Part shown: positions 6,538-14,651 of the stretch, one piece after another
Layout of the letters: each line of letters opens with the position of its first letter
How positions within the stretch are numbered: position 1 is the stretch's first letter
DNA from: an uncultured Deinococcales bacterium
Lineage (GTDB): Bacteria > Deinococcota > Deinococci > Deinococcales > JAAFIG01
NCBI GenBank assembly: GCA_964244895.1
Contig: CAXTKV010000138.1
Coordinates: 1 to 14,651, forward strand
Direction: 5' to 3'
Length of the DNA stretch: 14,651 nucleotides
Translations under genes and position numbers: made by a program
Notes under the pieces: model-generated
Database searches by the model: none
What the model saw: only the letters and a program-made list of their open reading frames with translations
What the model was told of the DNA's origin: nothing

Positions 6538-8496
6538 ATGCACGTTTCCTTGCCGGACGGAAAACAACTCGAATTGCCGAACGGCGCGACGGCGCTCGAC
6601 GCCGCCAAACTGATCGGCCCGAAACTCGCGGAACAAGCGCTGGGCGCGAAGGTCGACGGCAAACTGACGGACATTTTCACGCCCTTGCCGGACGGCGCGA
6701 CCCTCGAGATCATCACGACCCGCAAACCCGATGCCGCCATCGATCTGGCGCGGCACACGCTGGCGCACGTCATGGCGCAGGCGATCCTGGAACTGTACGC
6801 GGAGAAGGGCTTCTCTAAAGACCGCATCAAGATGGGTGTCGGCCCGGTGATCGAGAACGGGTTCTACTACGATTTCGACCTGCCCGAACCCTTGAAACTC
6901 GAGGAACTCGAGCCCCTGGAAGCGAAAATGCGAGCCATCATCGCCCGCGACCTGCCGCTCAGCCGCTTCGAGGTCACGCGCGCGCAAGCCCTCGAGACGT
7001 TCGAAGGCCGCGACCGCTACAAGACCGAATTGATCGAGGGCTTGCCCGAAAACGAAGCCATCACCTTCTACCGTCAGGGTTCAGAATCGGATTTTACGGA
7101 TTTGTGCCGCGGGCCGCACGTGCCGCGCACGGGGTTGATCCCGCCGCACTGGAAACTGACGGCCACGTCCGGCGCGTACTGGCGCGGTTCAGAAAAGAAC
7201 CCGATGTTGCAACGCGTCTACGGCGTGGCTTTCAGCACCGCGCAGGAACTCGAGACCTATCTGTGGCAGCAGGAGGAAGCCAAGAAGCGCGACCACCGCA
7301 AACTCGGCAAGGAACTGGATTTGTTCACCTTCGCCGACGAGGTCGGACAGGGATTGCCGCTGTGGCTCCCCAAGGGCGCGTTCATCCGCAAGAAGCTCGA
7401 AGATTACATGTACGACAAGGAACAAGAGCACGGCTACGAGTACGTGATTTCCCCGCACATCACCAAGGAAAGTCTGTACCTGAAATCCGGCCACCTGCCG
7501 TACTACGCGGATGGCATGTACGCACCGATCGAGATCGAGGGCGAGAATTACTACCTGAAACCCATGAACTGCCCGCACCACCACATGATCTACGCGGCCC
7601 GACCCAAGTCCTACCGCGACCTGCCCGCGCGCTACGCGGAGTTCGGCACGGTCTACCGATTCGAGCTTTCCGGGGCATTGTCGGGGCTGGCGCGGGTGCG
7701 CGGCTTCACGCAGAACGACGCGCACATTTACTGCGCCAAATCGCAGGTCAAGCAGGAATTCATCAAGGTGATCGAGCTCTTCAAGGAGGTTTACGCGGAT
7801 TTCGGCATCAGCGATTACTGGTTCCGGTTGTCGCTGCCCGACTTCGAGAACAACCCCGAAAAATTCGGCCAACCCGGCCCGCAATGGGACGAGAGCATCG
7901 CCGCGATCCGCGCCGCGCTGTTTGAAACGGGCGCGCAGTTCGTCGAAGGCATCGGCGAGGCCACCTTCTACGGCCCGAAGCTCGACGTGCAACTGCGCAC
8001 GGTCGTCGGCAAGGAAGAATCCATCGCCACGAACCAGCTCGATTTCATCGTGCCATCGCGCTTCGACCTGGAATTCACCAACGAGAAGGGTGAAAAAGAA
8101 ACCCCCGTCGTGATTCACCGCGCAATCATGGGGTCATTCGATCGGTTCTTCGCGTTTTACCTCGAGCACACGGCGGGCAATTTCCCCGTCTGGCTCGCGC
8201 CCGTGCAGGCGCGGATCGTACCGATCAGCGACCGCCACCTCGAATATGCGCATGCGTTGCGCGACCGCATGAAGACAGCCAAGCTCCGCGCCGAGGTGGA
8301 CGACTCGAGCGAGCGCATGCAGGCCAAGATCCGCGACGCGGAATTGCAGAAGATCCCGTACATTCTGGTCGTCGGCGACAAGGAAATTCTTGAGAACGCC
8401 GTCAGCCTGCGCGAACACGGCAAGGGCGATCGCGGCAAGATCAATACGGACGCCATGATCGCAGAATTGCAGGAGCGTTCGGCAAGTCGAAACTAA
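6538..8496 (+). CDS. thrS: Threonine--tRNA ligase
   Basis: TGS N-terminus; editing domain RHTLAHVMAQA and DLCRGPH; GAYWRG; RDHRKLGKELDLF; KPMNCPHH; FYGPKLD; IHRAIMGS; anticodon domain KIRDAELQKIPY. SD GGAAGAGG before ATG 6538; the ORF-track start at 6460 is an over-extension. Confidence 0.99.
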   Translation: MHVSLPDGKQLELPNGATALDAAKLIGPKLAEQALGAKVDGKLTDIFTPLPDGATLEIITTRKPDAAIDLARHTLAHVMAQAILELYAEKGFSKDRIKMGVGPVIENGFYYDFDLPEPLKLEELEPLEAKMRAIIARDLPLSRFEVTRAQALETFEGRDRYKTELIEGLPENEAITFYRQGSESDFTDLCRGPHVPRTGLIPPHWKLTATSGAYWRGSEKNPMLQRVYGVAFSTAQELETYLWQQEEAKKRDHRKLGKELDLFTFADEVGQGLPLWLPKGAFIRKKLEDYMYDKEQEHGYEYVISPHITKESLYLKSGHLPYYADGMYAPIEIEGENYYLKPMNCPHHHMIYAARPKSYRDLPARYAEFGTVYRFELSGALSGLARVRGFTQNDAHIYCAKSQVKQEFIKVIELFKEVYADFGISDYWFRLSLPDFENNPEKFGQPGPQWDESIAAIRAALFETGAQFVEGIGEATFYGPKLDVQLRTVVGKEESIATNQLDFIVPSRFDLEFTNEKGEKETPVVIHRAIMGSFDRFFAFYLEHTAGNFPVWLAPVQARIVPISDRHLEYAHALRDRMKTAKLRAEVDDSSERMQAKIRDAELQKIPYILVVGDKEILENAVSLREHGKGDRGKINTDAMIAELQERSASRN

Positions 8497-8551
8497 CGAT
8501 GAACACCGTCCAGCACACGAATCTCGAACTGCGTGCTGGACGGTGCTCTCG
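8497..8551. repeat. REP-like palindrome between convergent thrS and coaE (may also act as terminator or mRNA stabiliser)
   Basis: Perfect 13-bp arms CACCGTCCAGCAC 8504-8516 / GTGCTGGACGGTG 8533-8545, extendable with mismatches. Homologous to 6096-6135 and 10680-10715. Confidence 0.8.
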
Positions 8552-8579
8552 TGTGTCCGAGTTGAAGCCGGACGCGGTT

Positions 8580-9200
8580 TCACGCCTGACTTCTGACCTC
8601 GGGCTGCTGTGCCGCCACCCCGATGTTCTCGAGGGCCGCATCGAGTTGCACCGCCAGCGACGCCAGATCGCCGTTGTTCTCGAGCGTGAGGGTGGCGCGT
8701 TTTCGCTTTTCACTGGCTGGCATCTGCGCGGCATCTCGGGCGCGCACGGCGTCTGAGCTCAGGCCGTCCCTGGCGACGACGCGCTCTATGCGCTGCTCGA
8801 GCGGTGCGTCCACCAGAATGGTCGCGTCGAAGAGCGTCTGGAGGTCGTTTTCAAACAACAGCGGGATGTCCTGTACGGCAGCCCGAGCGCCGGATGCCTC
8901 GAGTTCGGCTTGCTGCCTGGCCATTTCCTCGCGCACGCGCGGGTGAATGATGCCGTTCAGCGCGGTGCGGGCTTCAGGATTATTGAACACGAGTTGCGCC
9001 ATTTTGGAGCGGTTGATGCCGCCTTCCAGGACGTAGTCCGACCCGAACGTGCGCGAGATGGCTTGAAGAACATCAGGAAAGCTCGAGACTTCCCGCGCAA
9101 TGACATCGGCGTCCAGCACGGGAATGCCGCGCTCGCGCAAGAGCCGCGCGACGGTCGATTTGCCGCTGCCGATGCTGCCCGTCAGACCGATGCGAAACAC
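8580..9200 (-). CDS. coaE: Dephospho-CoA kinase
   Basis: IGLTGSIGSGKST P-loop, VLDADVIAR, LNGIIHPRV, DIPLLFE and AQMP. Start placed at GTG 9200 (TAGACT-N6-GTG); TTG 9206 is the alternative. Confidence 0.96.
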   Translation of the reverse strand: MFRIGLTGSIGSGKSTVARLLRERGIPVLDADVIAREVSSFPDVLQAISRTFGSDYVLEGGINRSKMAQLVFNNPEARTALNGIIHPRVREEMARQQAELEASGARAAVQDIPLLFENDLQTLFDATILVDAPLEQRIERVVARDGLSSDAVRARDAAQMPASEKRKRATLTLENNGDLASLAVQLDAALENIGVAAQQPEVRSQA

Positions 9201-9206
9201 GCTCAA

Positions 9207-9255
9207 AGTCTACAGGCCATGGACGGGTTCCCGAGCCTCGAGCCTGGGTTACACT
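9207..9255. promoter_or_regulatory. Back-to-back -10 elements for leaderless coaE (TAGACT 9212-9207, -) and the TRIC gene (TACACT 9250-9255, +)
   Basis: Each hexamer lies exactly 6 nt before an in-frame GTG, and neither gene has an SD. Confidence 0.7.
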
Positions 9256-9261
9256 CGCGTC

Positions 9262-9918
<657 letters not shown>

Positions 9919-10003
9919 GGCGTGTTAATCTTCGCGGGCATTCCCGAGCGCGTCCTCGCGCTCTTCGAACCGAGCTCGAGTTTCGCAATCTCAAGGAGCC
10001 AGC

Positions 10004-10465
10004 ATGGAACTGATCAATCAGCCAGCCCCAAACTTCAGCCTGAAAGCCCACACGGGCGAAGAAATCACGCTCGAACAATTCAAGGGCGACAAGAACGTGC
10101 TGCTGATTTTCTATCCGCTCGATTTTTCGCCGACCTGCTCGATGCAACTGCCGGAGTTCAGCGCCATGAAAGAGGATTTCGACGCGCTGGACACCGTGAT
10201 TCTGGGCGTCAACCGCGACAGCACCTGGACGCACAAGGCCTGGGCGAAGGACTACGGCATCGAAGTTCCGTTGCTGTCCGACATGACGCTGGCGGCAGCG
10301 CGCGCTTACGGCGTGGAACTGCCGGAGCGCGCCATCAGCAAACGCGCCACGTTCCTGATTGACAAAGCTGGAACGGTCGTGCTGGAGCACGTCGAGACGA
10401 ACACCGGGGATTTCACGTTGCACGCCGATGATGTGCTCGAGAAAATCAAAAGCCTGTCCGCGTAA
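10004..10465 (+). CDS. Peroxiredoxin (AhpC/TSA redoxin; 1-Cys, AhpE-like)
   Basis: APNFSL; FYPLDFSPTC (PxxxS/TxxC peroxidatic motif); LLSD; RATFLID. Single Cys. SD AAGGAG, and TGtTAATCT at 9923-9931 upstream. Confidence 0.9.
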   Translation: MELINQPAPNFSLKAHTGEEITLEQFKGDKNVLLIFYPLDFSPTCSMQLPEFSAMKEDFDALDTVILGVNRDSTWTHKAWAKDYGIEVPLLSDMTLAAARAYGVELPERAISKRATFLIDKAGTVVLEHVETNTGDFTLHADDVLEKIKSLSA

Positions 10466-10480
10466 CGCCCAGACATTGCG

Positions 10481-10507
10481 AGCCGGGGTTCTCGAGTCCC
10501 GGCTTTT
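10481..10507 (+). terminator. Probable intrinsic terminator of the peroxiredoxin gene
   Basis: AGCCGGG-gttctcgagt-CCCGGCT followed by TTT, starting 15 nt after the stop codon. Confidence 0.6.
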
Positions 10508-10509
10508 CC

Positions 10510-10720
10510 GTGACGAAAGCACACCCTGCTTGCGCCATCAGACAGCACCCTCTTGACCAGAAAACGCACCTGATGGGCATGGTCGCTTCTTGACCAGAAA
10601 ACGTACCTGATGGGCATGGTCGCTACCCGGAAATTCGCGCTTCTTGCTCATCAGACAGCACCTACAGGGCTATTCGCGCTCCAGTACACGAATTAAAAAT
10701 GCTGTACTGGACGGTATCGG
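10510..10720 (-). repeat. Mosaic intergenic repeat element, copy B
   Basis: Reverse complement begins CCGATACCGTCCAGTACAGCATTTTTAATTCGTGTACTGGAGCGCGAATAGCCC and contains GCGAATTTCCGGGTAGCGACCATGCCCATCAGG, matching copy A. CATCAGACAGCACC is repeated at 10536 and 10649. Confidence 0.75.
10551..10624. repeat. 37-bp tandem duplication within copy B
   Basis: TCTTGACCAGAAAACG(C/T)ACCTGATGGGCATGGTCGCT at 10551-10587 and 10588-10624; one mismatch, no spacer. Confidence 0.95.
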
Positions 10721-10779
10721 GCTGAAATTGATCGCTCGGATTCGGCGTGTTCGGGCATTGGCGCACGGGCTGGCTCGGG

Positions 10780-11400
10780 TCAGCCTCGAGCTTTTGGAGT
10801 TACTTTGCGCGGTTGTGCGGCCTCGAAGGTGAGCGTGGCGGTCATGATCCGGGACAGGATCGAAACGGCTTCCTGCCTTGAGTAACGCCCAGCCGCTGCC
10901 GCTTCGGACACGGTTTCGGCGGCGCCGACGAATCCGAGATAAAGTCCGGTCGATTGTTCATCGAGCAATTTTACGAATGGCGAAAAGGCCGTGCGGAACT
11001 CGTCCACCAGGAACTCGCGCCAGGATTGCCGGAAGCTGGCTGTTTCTTCGTTGGCCGAGAGTGCGTTGTAAATCGCAGTCATTTCCGGCCCCATCGCGAG
11101 GCAGGAATCCACGTAGGCGGCGCTGAGGATAGCAGCGATGTGCTCGATCGATTCGCCCCCGTTTTGAAGCGCAACGTGCACCGATTCGGTGGTTTGATCG
11201 TCGTAGTCGCGGAACAGGGCGATCAACAATCCTGCTCGCGTGCCGAAGTGTTCGTAGGCGATGGGTTTGGTGACCCCGGCGCGTTCGGCCAGCCGCGCGA
11301 GGGTCAGGGCTTCGGTGCCTTCTTCGCGGACGATGGCGAGCGCGTTCTCGAGGAGCTGGATTCGGCGTTGGTCTTTGGTCATGCGTCTCGCTGGATTCAC
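10780..11400 (-). CDS. TetR/AcrR family transcriptional regulator
   Basis: RRIQLLENALAIVREEGTEALTLARLAERAGVTKPIAYEHFGTRAGLL HTH. GAGGAG 7 nt before GTG 11400. Confidence 0.95.
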   Translation of the reverse strand: MNPARRMTKDQRRIQLLENALAIVREEGTEALTLARLAERAGVTKPIAYEHFGTRAGLLIALFRDYDDQTTESVHVALQNGGESIEHIAAILSAAYVDSCLAMGPEMTAIYNALSANEETASFRQSWREFLVDEFRTAFSPFVKLLDEQSTGLYLGFVGAAETVSEAAAAGRYSRQEAVSILSRIMTATLTFEAAQPRKVTPKARG

Positions 11401-11457
11401 GGCCCGGCTCCTCGAGGCGACGTGGGATTTTAGGCGCGCAAGCTGGGATCGGACGGC

Positions 11458-11486
11458 TTGACATCGGGCGACCCATTGCCTATATT
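11458..11486 (+). promoter_or_regulatory. Near-consensus sigma70/sigmaA promoter for the DUF1772 gene
   Basis: TTGACA (11458-11463)-N17-TATATT (11481-11486). Confidence 0.8.
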
Positions 11487-11512
11487 ACACACCGTAAGTT
11501 ACGAACCGTAAC
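11485..11512. promoter_or_regulatory. Probable TetR operator: two tandem TTAC-N5-GTAA palindromes
   Basis: TTAC-ACACC-GTAA (11485-11497) and GTTAC-GAACC-GTAAC (11498-11512), overlapping the -10/+1 region between the divergent genes. Confidence 0.7.
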
Positions 11513-11605
11513 CGACGATTCGACTCCCTTCTCCCCTCGCCGGACGGCGAGATCGAGGCGCGTCAGCCTTGAGGCATGCCCTCGAGAACCCGAGAGGTAC
11601 ACGAC

Positions 11606-12082
11606 ATGAACGAATCGTTGTTGCAGAGCCTGCGCGTCGCCGCCGCGCTCGGCTGCGGGCTGATGGCGGGCGTGTTCTTCGCGTTCTCGACATCCATCAT
11701 GGGTGGCCTGTCCAGGCTCGGGCCAGCCCAAGGCATCGCTGGAATGCAGGCCATCAACAAAGCGATCCTCAACCCAGCCTTTCTGGGCGTGTTCCTCGGG
11801 ACTGGCGCAATCTGCGCGATCGTATTGATCGCCTCGATCTCGAGATTGCAAAATGCCACAACGATCTGCGCGCTGATCGGCTGCATGTTGTACCTGCTGG
11901 GCTCCATCGGCGTGACGTTGGTCGCGAACGTACCCCTCAACGACGGTCTGGATACGGTCGTGCCGAACGACCCTCAGAGCGCAGTTCTGTGGAACGCGTA
12001 CCTGACGAACTGGATGCCGTGGAACCACGTCCGCACCGCGACGACGCTCGCCGGGACGTTGCTGCTGATCCTGGGGCGCTGA
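11606..12082 (+). CDS. DUF1772 / anthrone oxygenase family membrane protein
   Basis: GLMAGVFFAFSTSIMGGL..L....GIAGMQAIN, NVPLND.L and W..WNHVRT. SD GAGAGG before ATG 11606. Confidence 0.9.
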   Translation: MNESLLQSLRVAAALGCGLMAGVFFAFSTSIMGGLSRLGPAQGIAGMQAINKAILNPAFLGVFLGTGAICAIVLIASISRLQNATTICALIGCMLYLLGSIGVTLVANVPLNDGLDTVVPNDPQSAVLWNAYLTNWMPWNHVRTATTLAGTLLLILGR

Positions 12083-12129
12083 AGGGCGATCTCGGCTAGA
12101 CTCGAGACCCAACCCCAAGGAGGCTGACC

Positions 12130-12915
12130 GTGACCCAAGCCGCGACGCAAAACGTCATCACCAGAGTTGAAAACAACGTCATCTACATCGCCATGAACCG
12201 CCCGGAGAGCCTGAACAGCGCCAACGAAGCGATGCTGCTGGAAATGCAGGACGCGCTCAAAACCGCCGAACGCGACAAAAACGTGCGCTGCATCGTCGTG
12301 ACCGGCAACGGGCGCGGATTTTGCAGCGGCGCGGACCTGCGAGAACAGCACGCGGCGCTGAACTTCAAAGCGCACCTGGACAAGACTTTCAACCCGGTCG
12401 TGCGATTGATGCGAACCATCGAAAAGCCCGTGATTACCGCCGTCAACGGCGTGGCGGCGGGCGCAGGCGCGAGCATCGCACTGGCGGGCGACATCCGCGT
12501 CTGGAGCACCGACGCCAGCCTGATGGAAGCCTTTTCCAGAATCGCGCTGATTCCGGACGCGGGTTCCACCTGGTTGCTGCCGCGCCTGGTCGGTTACCAC
12601 CGCGCTTTTGACCTGATGGTTCACGCCGAAAAAGTCGGGCCGGACGCGGCGCTCGGAATGGGCTTGTGCGAGCGCGTCTACCCGGCAGCGGAATTCGAGG
12701 CGAAAGTCAAAGCGCTGGCCGAGAATCTGGCTCAGGGGCCGACCAAGAGCTTCGGGTTGACCAAACGCGCGCTCAATCACGCCATGAACGCCAGCTTCAC
12801 CGATCAGCTCGAGTACGAGGGTCAGATCCAACAGATCGCCGGTGCGAACCCGGATTTCGTGGAGGGCGTCAGCGCCTTCCTCGAGAAGCGCGCCGCGAAA
12901 TTCAAGGGCGACTGA
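12130..12915 (+). CDS. Enoyl-CoA hydratase/isomerase (crotonase) family protein, PaaG-like
   Basis: MNRPESLNS; GRGFCSGADL; KPVITAVNGVAAGAGASIALAGD; FSRIALIPDAGSTWLLPRLVG; EGVSAFLEKR. SD AAGGAGG, and TAGACT at 12097-12102. Confidence 0.92.
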   Translation: MTQAATQNVITRVENNVIYIAMNRPESLNSANEAMLLEMQDALKTAERDKNVRCIVVTGNGRGFCSGADLREQHAALNFKAHLDKTFNPVVRLMRTIEKPVITAVNGVAAGAGASIALAGDIRVWSTDASLMEAFSRIALIPDAGSTWLLPRLVGYHRAFDLMVHAEKVGPDAALGMGLCERVYPAAEFEAKVKALAENLAQGPTKSFGLTKRALNHAMNASFTDQLEYEGQIQQIAGANPDFVEGVSAFLEKRAAKFKGD

Positions 12916-12980
12916 GCCGACACGCTCGTCTGCTCGCGCAGGAAAGGCCAGGGTCAAAGAATTCGAGAGGCGGGGGCAGC

Positions 12981-13331
12981 ATGACGGTCGTTGCACAATC
13001 GAACCAGCCGATCCTGAATCTCGAGGGGCGCACCTTGCAGTGGCTGGCGAACGCCTCAACTGGCGCGATGCAGACGGCTTTACTGGAAAACGTGATCGCG
13101 TCTCAGGGCGCAATACCGCCGCACCATCACGCGGTCGAAGAACTGCTGGTGTGTCTCGAAGGTCAGGGCGAAGTCGTGCTGGATGGGGTAACGCACCCTT
13201 TCGTTCGGGGCGACACGGCGATTGTGCCTGCGGGAATGATCCATGGCGTTCAAAATACAGGGGTGCAACCGATGCGGATGCTCGGGTTTTTCCCGACGGC
13301 GCACCCTGAGACCACTTGGACATTGAAATGA
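12981..13331 (+). CDS. Cupin domain protein
   Basis: PPHHHAVEELLVCLEGQG and GDTAIVPAGMIHGVQNTG (cupin motifs 1 and 2). Start at ATG 12981, inside ORF 12666..13331. Confidence 0.88.
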   Translation: MTVVAQSNQPILNLEGRTLQWLANASTGAMQTALLENVIASQGAIPPHHHAVEELLVCLEGQGEVVLDGVTHPFVRGDTAIVPAGMIHGVQNTGVQPMRMLGFFPTAHPETTWTLK

Positions 13332-13496
13332 TGCGCCCAAAGAAGGCCGTCACGCGCGCCGTTCTCTGATTCCCAAGAAACACCGTGCTGGACGGCCTGC
13401 TCGATCCCGGATGCTCGAGCTTAAAATCGCGGACGAGTCAGCGAACTGTCTGTTTCCAGACACGCGAACTCGAGATCATCGGGTTAACCTCTACCC

Positions 13497-14225
13497 ATGA
13501 AGCTGAGCGAGCACGTCTACGCGCTGCCGATCACCGCCGACCTGTGGAACGGCCCGATGACCATCTATCCCGCCCTGATCCTCGACGAGGTGCACGGTGC
13601 GACGCTGGTGGACGCGGGCGTTCCCGGAATGCAAGCTGACTTTGAGACCGCCCTCGGCTCCATCGGCGTGAAGCTCTCCGACGTGCGCCGAATCATCATC
13701 ACTCACCACGACCTCGATCACATCGGTTCGCTTCCGGCGCTGGTGGCGGCTACGGGCGCGGACGTGCTGACCTCGGTCGGCGAAGTGCCCTACGTGCAGG
13801 GCGAGAAACCCGGCCAGAAGCAACCGTCCCCCGAGGCGATTGCGAGCATGCCACCGGAGGCGCGCGCCCGTTTCGCCAACCCGCCCAAAGCCGCCGTGAC
13901 CCGCATTCTGAACGATAACGAATTGCTCGAGATCGCTGGCGGCGTGCGGGTCATCTCGACGCCGGGGCACACCGTCGGGCACCTCAGCTTGTTCGTGGAA
14001 TCGGACGGCCTGCTGATCACGGGCGATGCCATGACGAGCGAAGCGGGCCAGTTGCGGTTTCCCATGGCGAGGGCCACACCGGACATGCCCCTGGCTCTTG
14101 AAAGCCTCAAGAGATTGGCGGCGCTGCCTGTGAGGGCCGTGCTGACCTACCACGGCGGTCTGGTCAGCCGCGAGGCCGCCCAGCAGCTTCAACGCCTGTC
14201 CGCAGAAGCAGATCATCAGGCGTGA
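13497..14225 (+). CDS. MBL-fold metallo-hydrolase
   Basis: LVDAG, THHDLDHIGS (HxDxDH), TPGHTVGH, ITGDA and TYHGG. TAACCT-N6-ATG suggests a leaderless start. Confidence 0.92.
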   Translation: MKLSEHVYALPITADLWNGPMTIYPALILDEVHGATLVDAGVPGMQADFETALGSIGVKLSDVRRIIITHHDLDHIGSLPALVAATGADVLTSVGEVPYVQGEKPGQKQPSPEAIASMPPEARARFANPPKAAVTRILNDNELLEIAGGVRVISTPGHTVGHLSLFVESDGLLITGDAMTSEAGQLRFPMARATPDMPLALESLKRLAALPVRAVLTYHGGLVSREAAQQLQRLSAEADHQA

Positions 14226-14370
14226 GTATTCCCAGCATTTGCGGGCATCCGACCCGAGATGCGCATTTCACCAGCTCCGCGTGAACGGCGCACGTTCGGG
14301 CTTTCGTCATGGCTTTGTCCTACCCACTTTGATATCGCGTCACCATCGTGAATTCGGCTTGGACAACGCT

Positions 14371-14442
14371 CGAGCGTGTACGTTCGCCGATGCGCGAGCG
14401 TGTACCTTCGCCGATGTGCGAGCTTGTACCTTCGCCGATCAG
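14371..14442. repeat. Intergenic tandem repeat, 3 x 24 bp
   Basis: CGAGCGTGTACGTTCGCCGATGCG / CGAGCGTGTACCTTCGCCGATGTG / CGAGCTTGTACCTTCGCCGATCAG. Confidence 0.9.
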
Positions 14443-14449
14443 AAAACCG

Positions 14450-14484
14450 ATTCCGGGCGAAGCCGAATCGGATTCGCCCGGAAT
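14450..14484. terminator. Strong hairpin between convergent genes (probable terminator of the minus-strand gene)
   Basis: 12-bp perfect stem ATTCCGGGCGAA / TTCGCCCGGAAT. AAAA at 14443-14446 gives a short U-run on the minus strand. Confidence 0.55.
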
Positions 14485-14510
14485 GATGCCCGCTTCGATG
14501 AACGCGCCGA

Positions 14511-14651
14511 TTACTGCACGCTGACCAGGAACTCTACGACGCGGGTCGCACCCGTCTCGAGGTTCTGGATCGTCATGGACACCGGGTACGTATCTTTGGG
14601 GGTGTTGGACGGCACCGACGGCCCGGCCCGGCGGCTGGTGCTGGCGAACGC
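14511..14651 (-). CDS. 3' end of an unidentified protein (beta-strand-rich, possibly Ig-like C-terminus)
   Basis: Open frame ...PSVPSNTPKDTYPVSMTIQNLETGATRVVEFLVSVQ* ending at TAA 14513-14511, with GC3-rich codons. Confidence 0.6.
   Translation of the reverse strand, partial: AFASTSRRAGPSVPSNTPKDTYPVSMTIQNLETGATRVVEFLVSVQ

Noticed and set aside
7104..8118. Long alternative-frame and antisense ORFs within thrS (also 2378..3370, 4482..5255, 8910..10013, 9623..10522, 11974..13383, 13491..14216)
   Set aside because: Typical high-GC shadow ORFs overlapping well-supported genes. Arg/Ala/Pro-rich, with no recognisable motifs.
12666..12980. N-terminal extension of the cupin ORF
   Set aside because: It overlaps the crotonase in another frame. 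ATG 12981 gives a normal ~116-aa cupin.
14602..14613. GTGTTGGACGGC as another repeat core
   Set aside because: It lies inside the partial minus-strand CDS (VPSNT) and is probably coincidental.

Overview
GC-rich bacterial chromosomal window. Gene content, protein sequences and many TAnnnT-N5-7-start leaderless genes point to Deinococcota (inference). Order: nadE (partial, -), glutaminase/nitrilase-family partner of NadE (-), lipoprotein S8 protease with 4x GWSAWAG repeats (+), TPR-HD-GYP c-di-GMP phosphodiesterase (+), VOC/glyoxalase (+), thrS with a long structured leader (+), coaE (-), TRIC/UPF0126 membrane protein (+), 1-Cys peroxiredoxin (+), TetR (-) divergent from DUF1772 (+), PaaG-like crotonase (+), cupin (+), MBL-fold hydrolase (+), and the 3' end of an unknown gene (-). 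The most interesting signals: (i) the S8-repeat / TPR-HD-GYP pair, which could be a peptide-signalling module with c-di-GMP output; (ii) a dispersed intergenic repeat family (core GTRCTGGACGGY), including two homologous ~210-220 nt mosaic elements; (iii) about 66 copies of CTCGAG, a HIP1-like excess; (iv) a Thr-containing uORF plus an anti-SD in the thrS leader. No rRNA, tRNA, CRISPR array or transposase was seen. All calls come from manual reading; no database searches were run.
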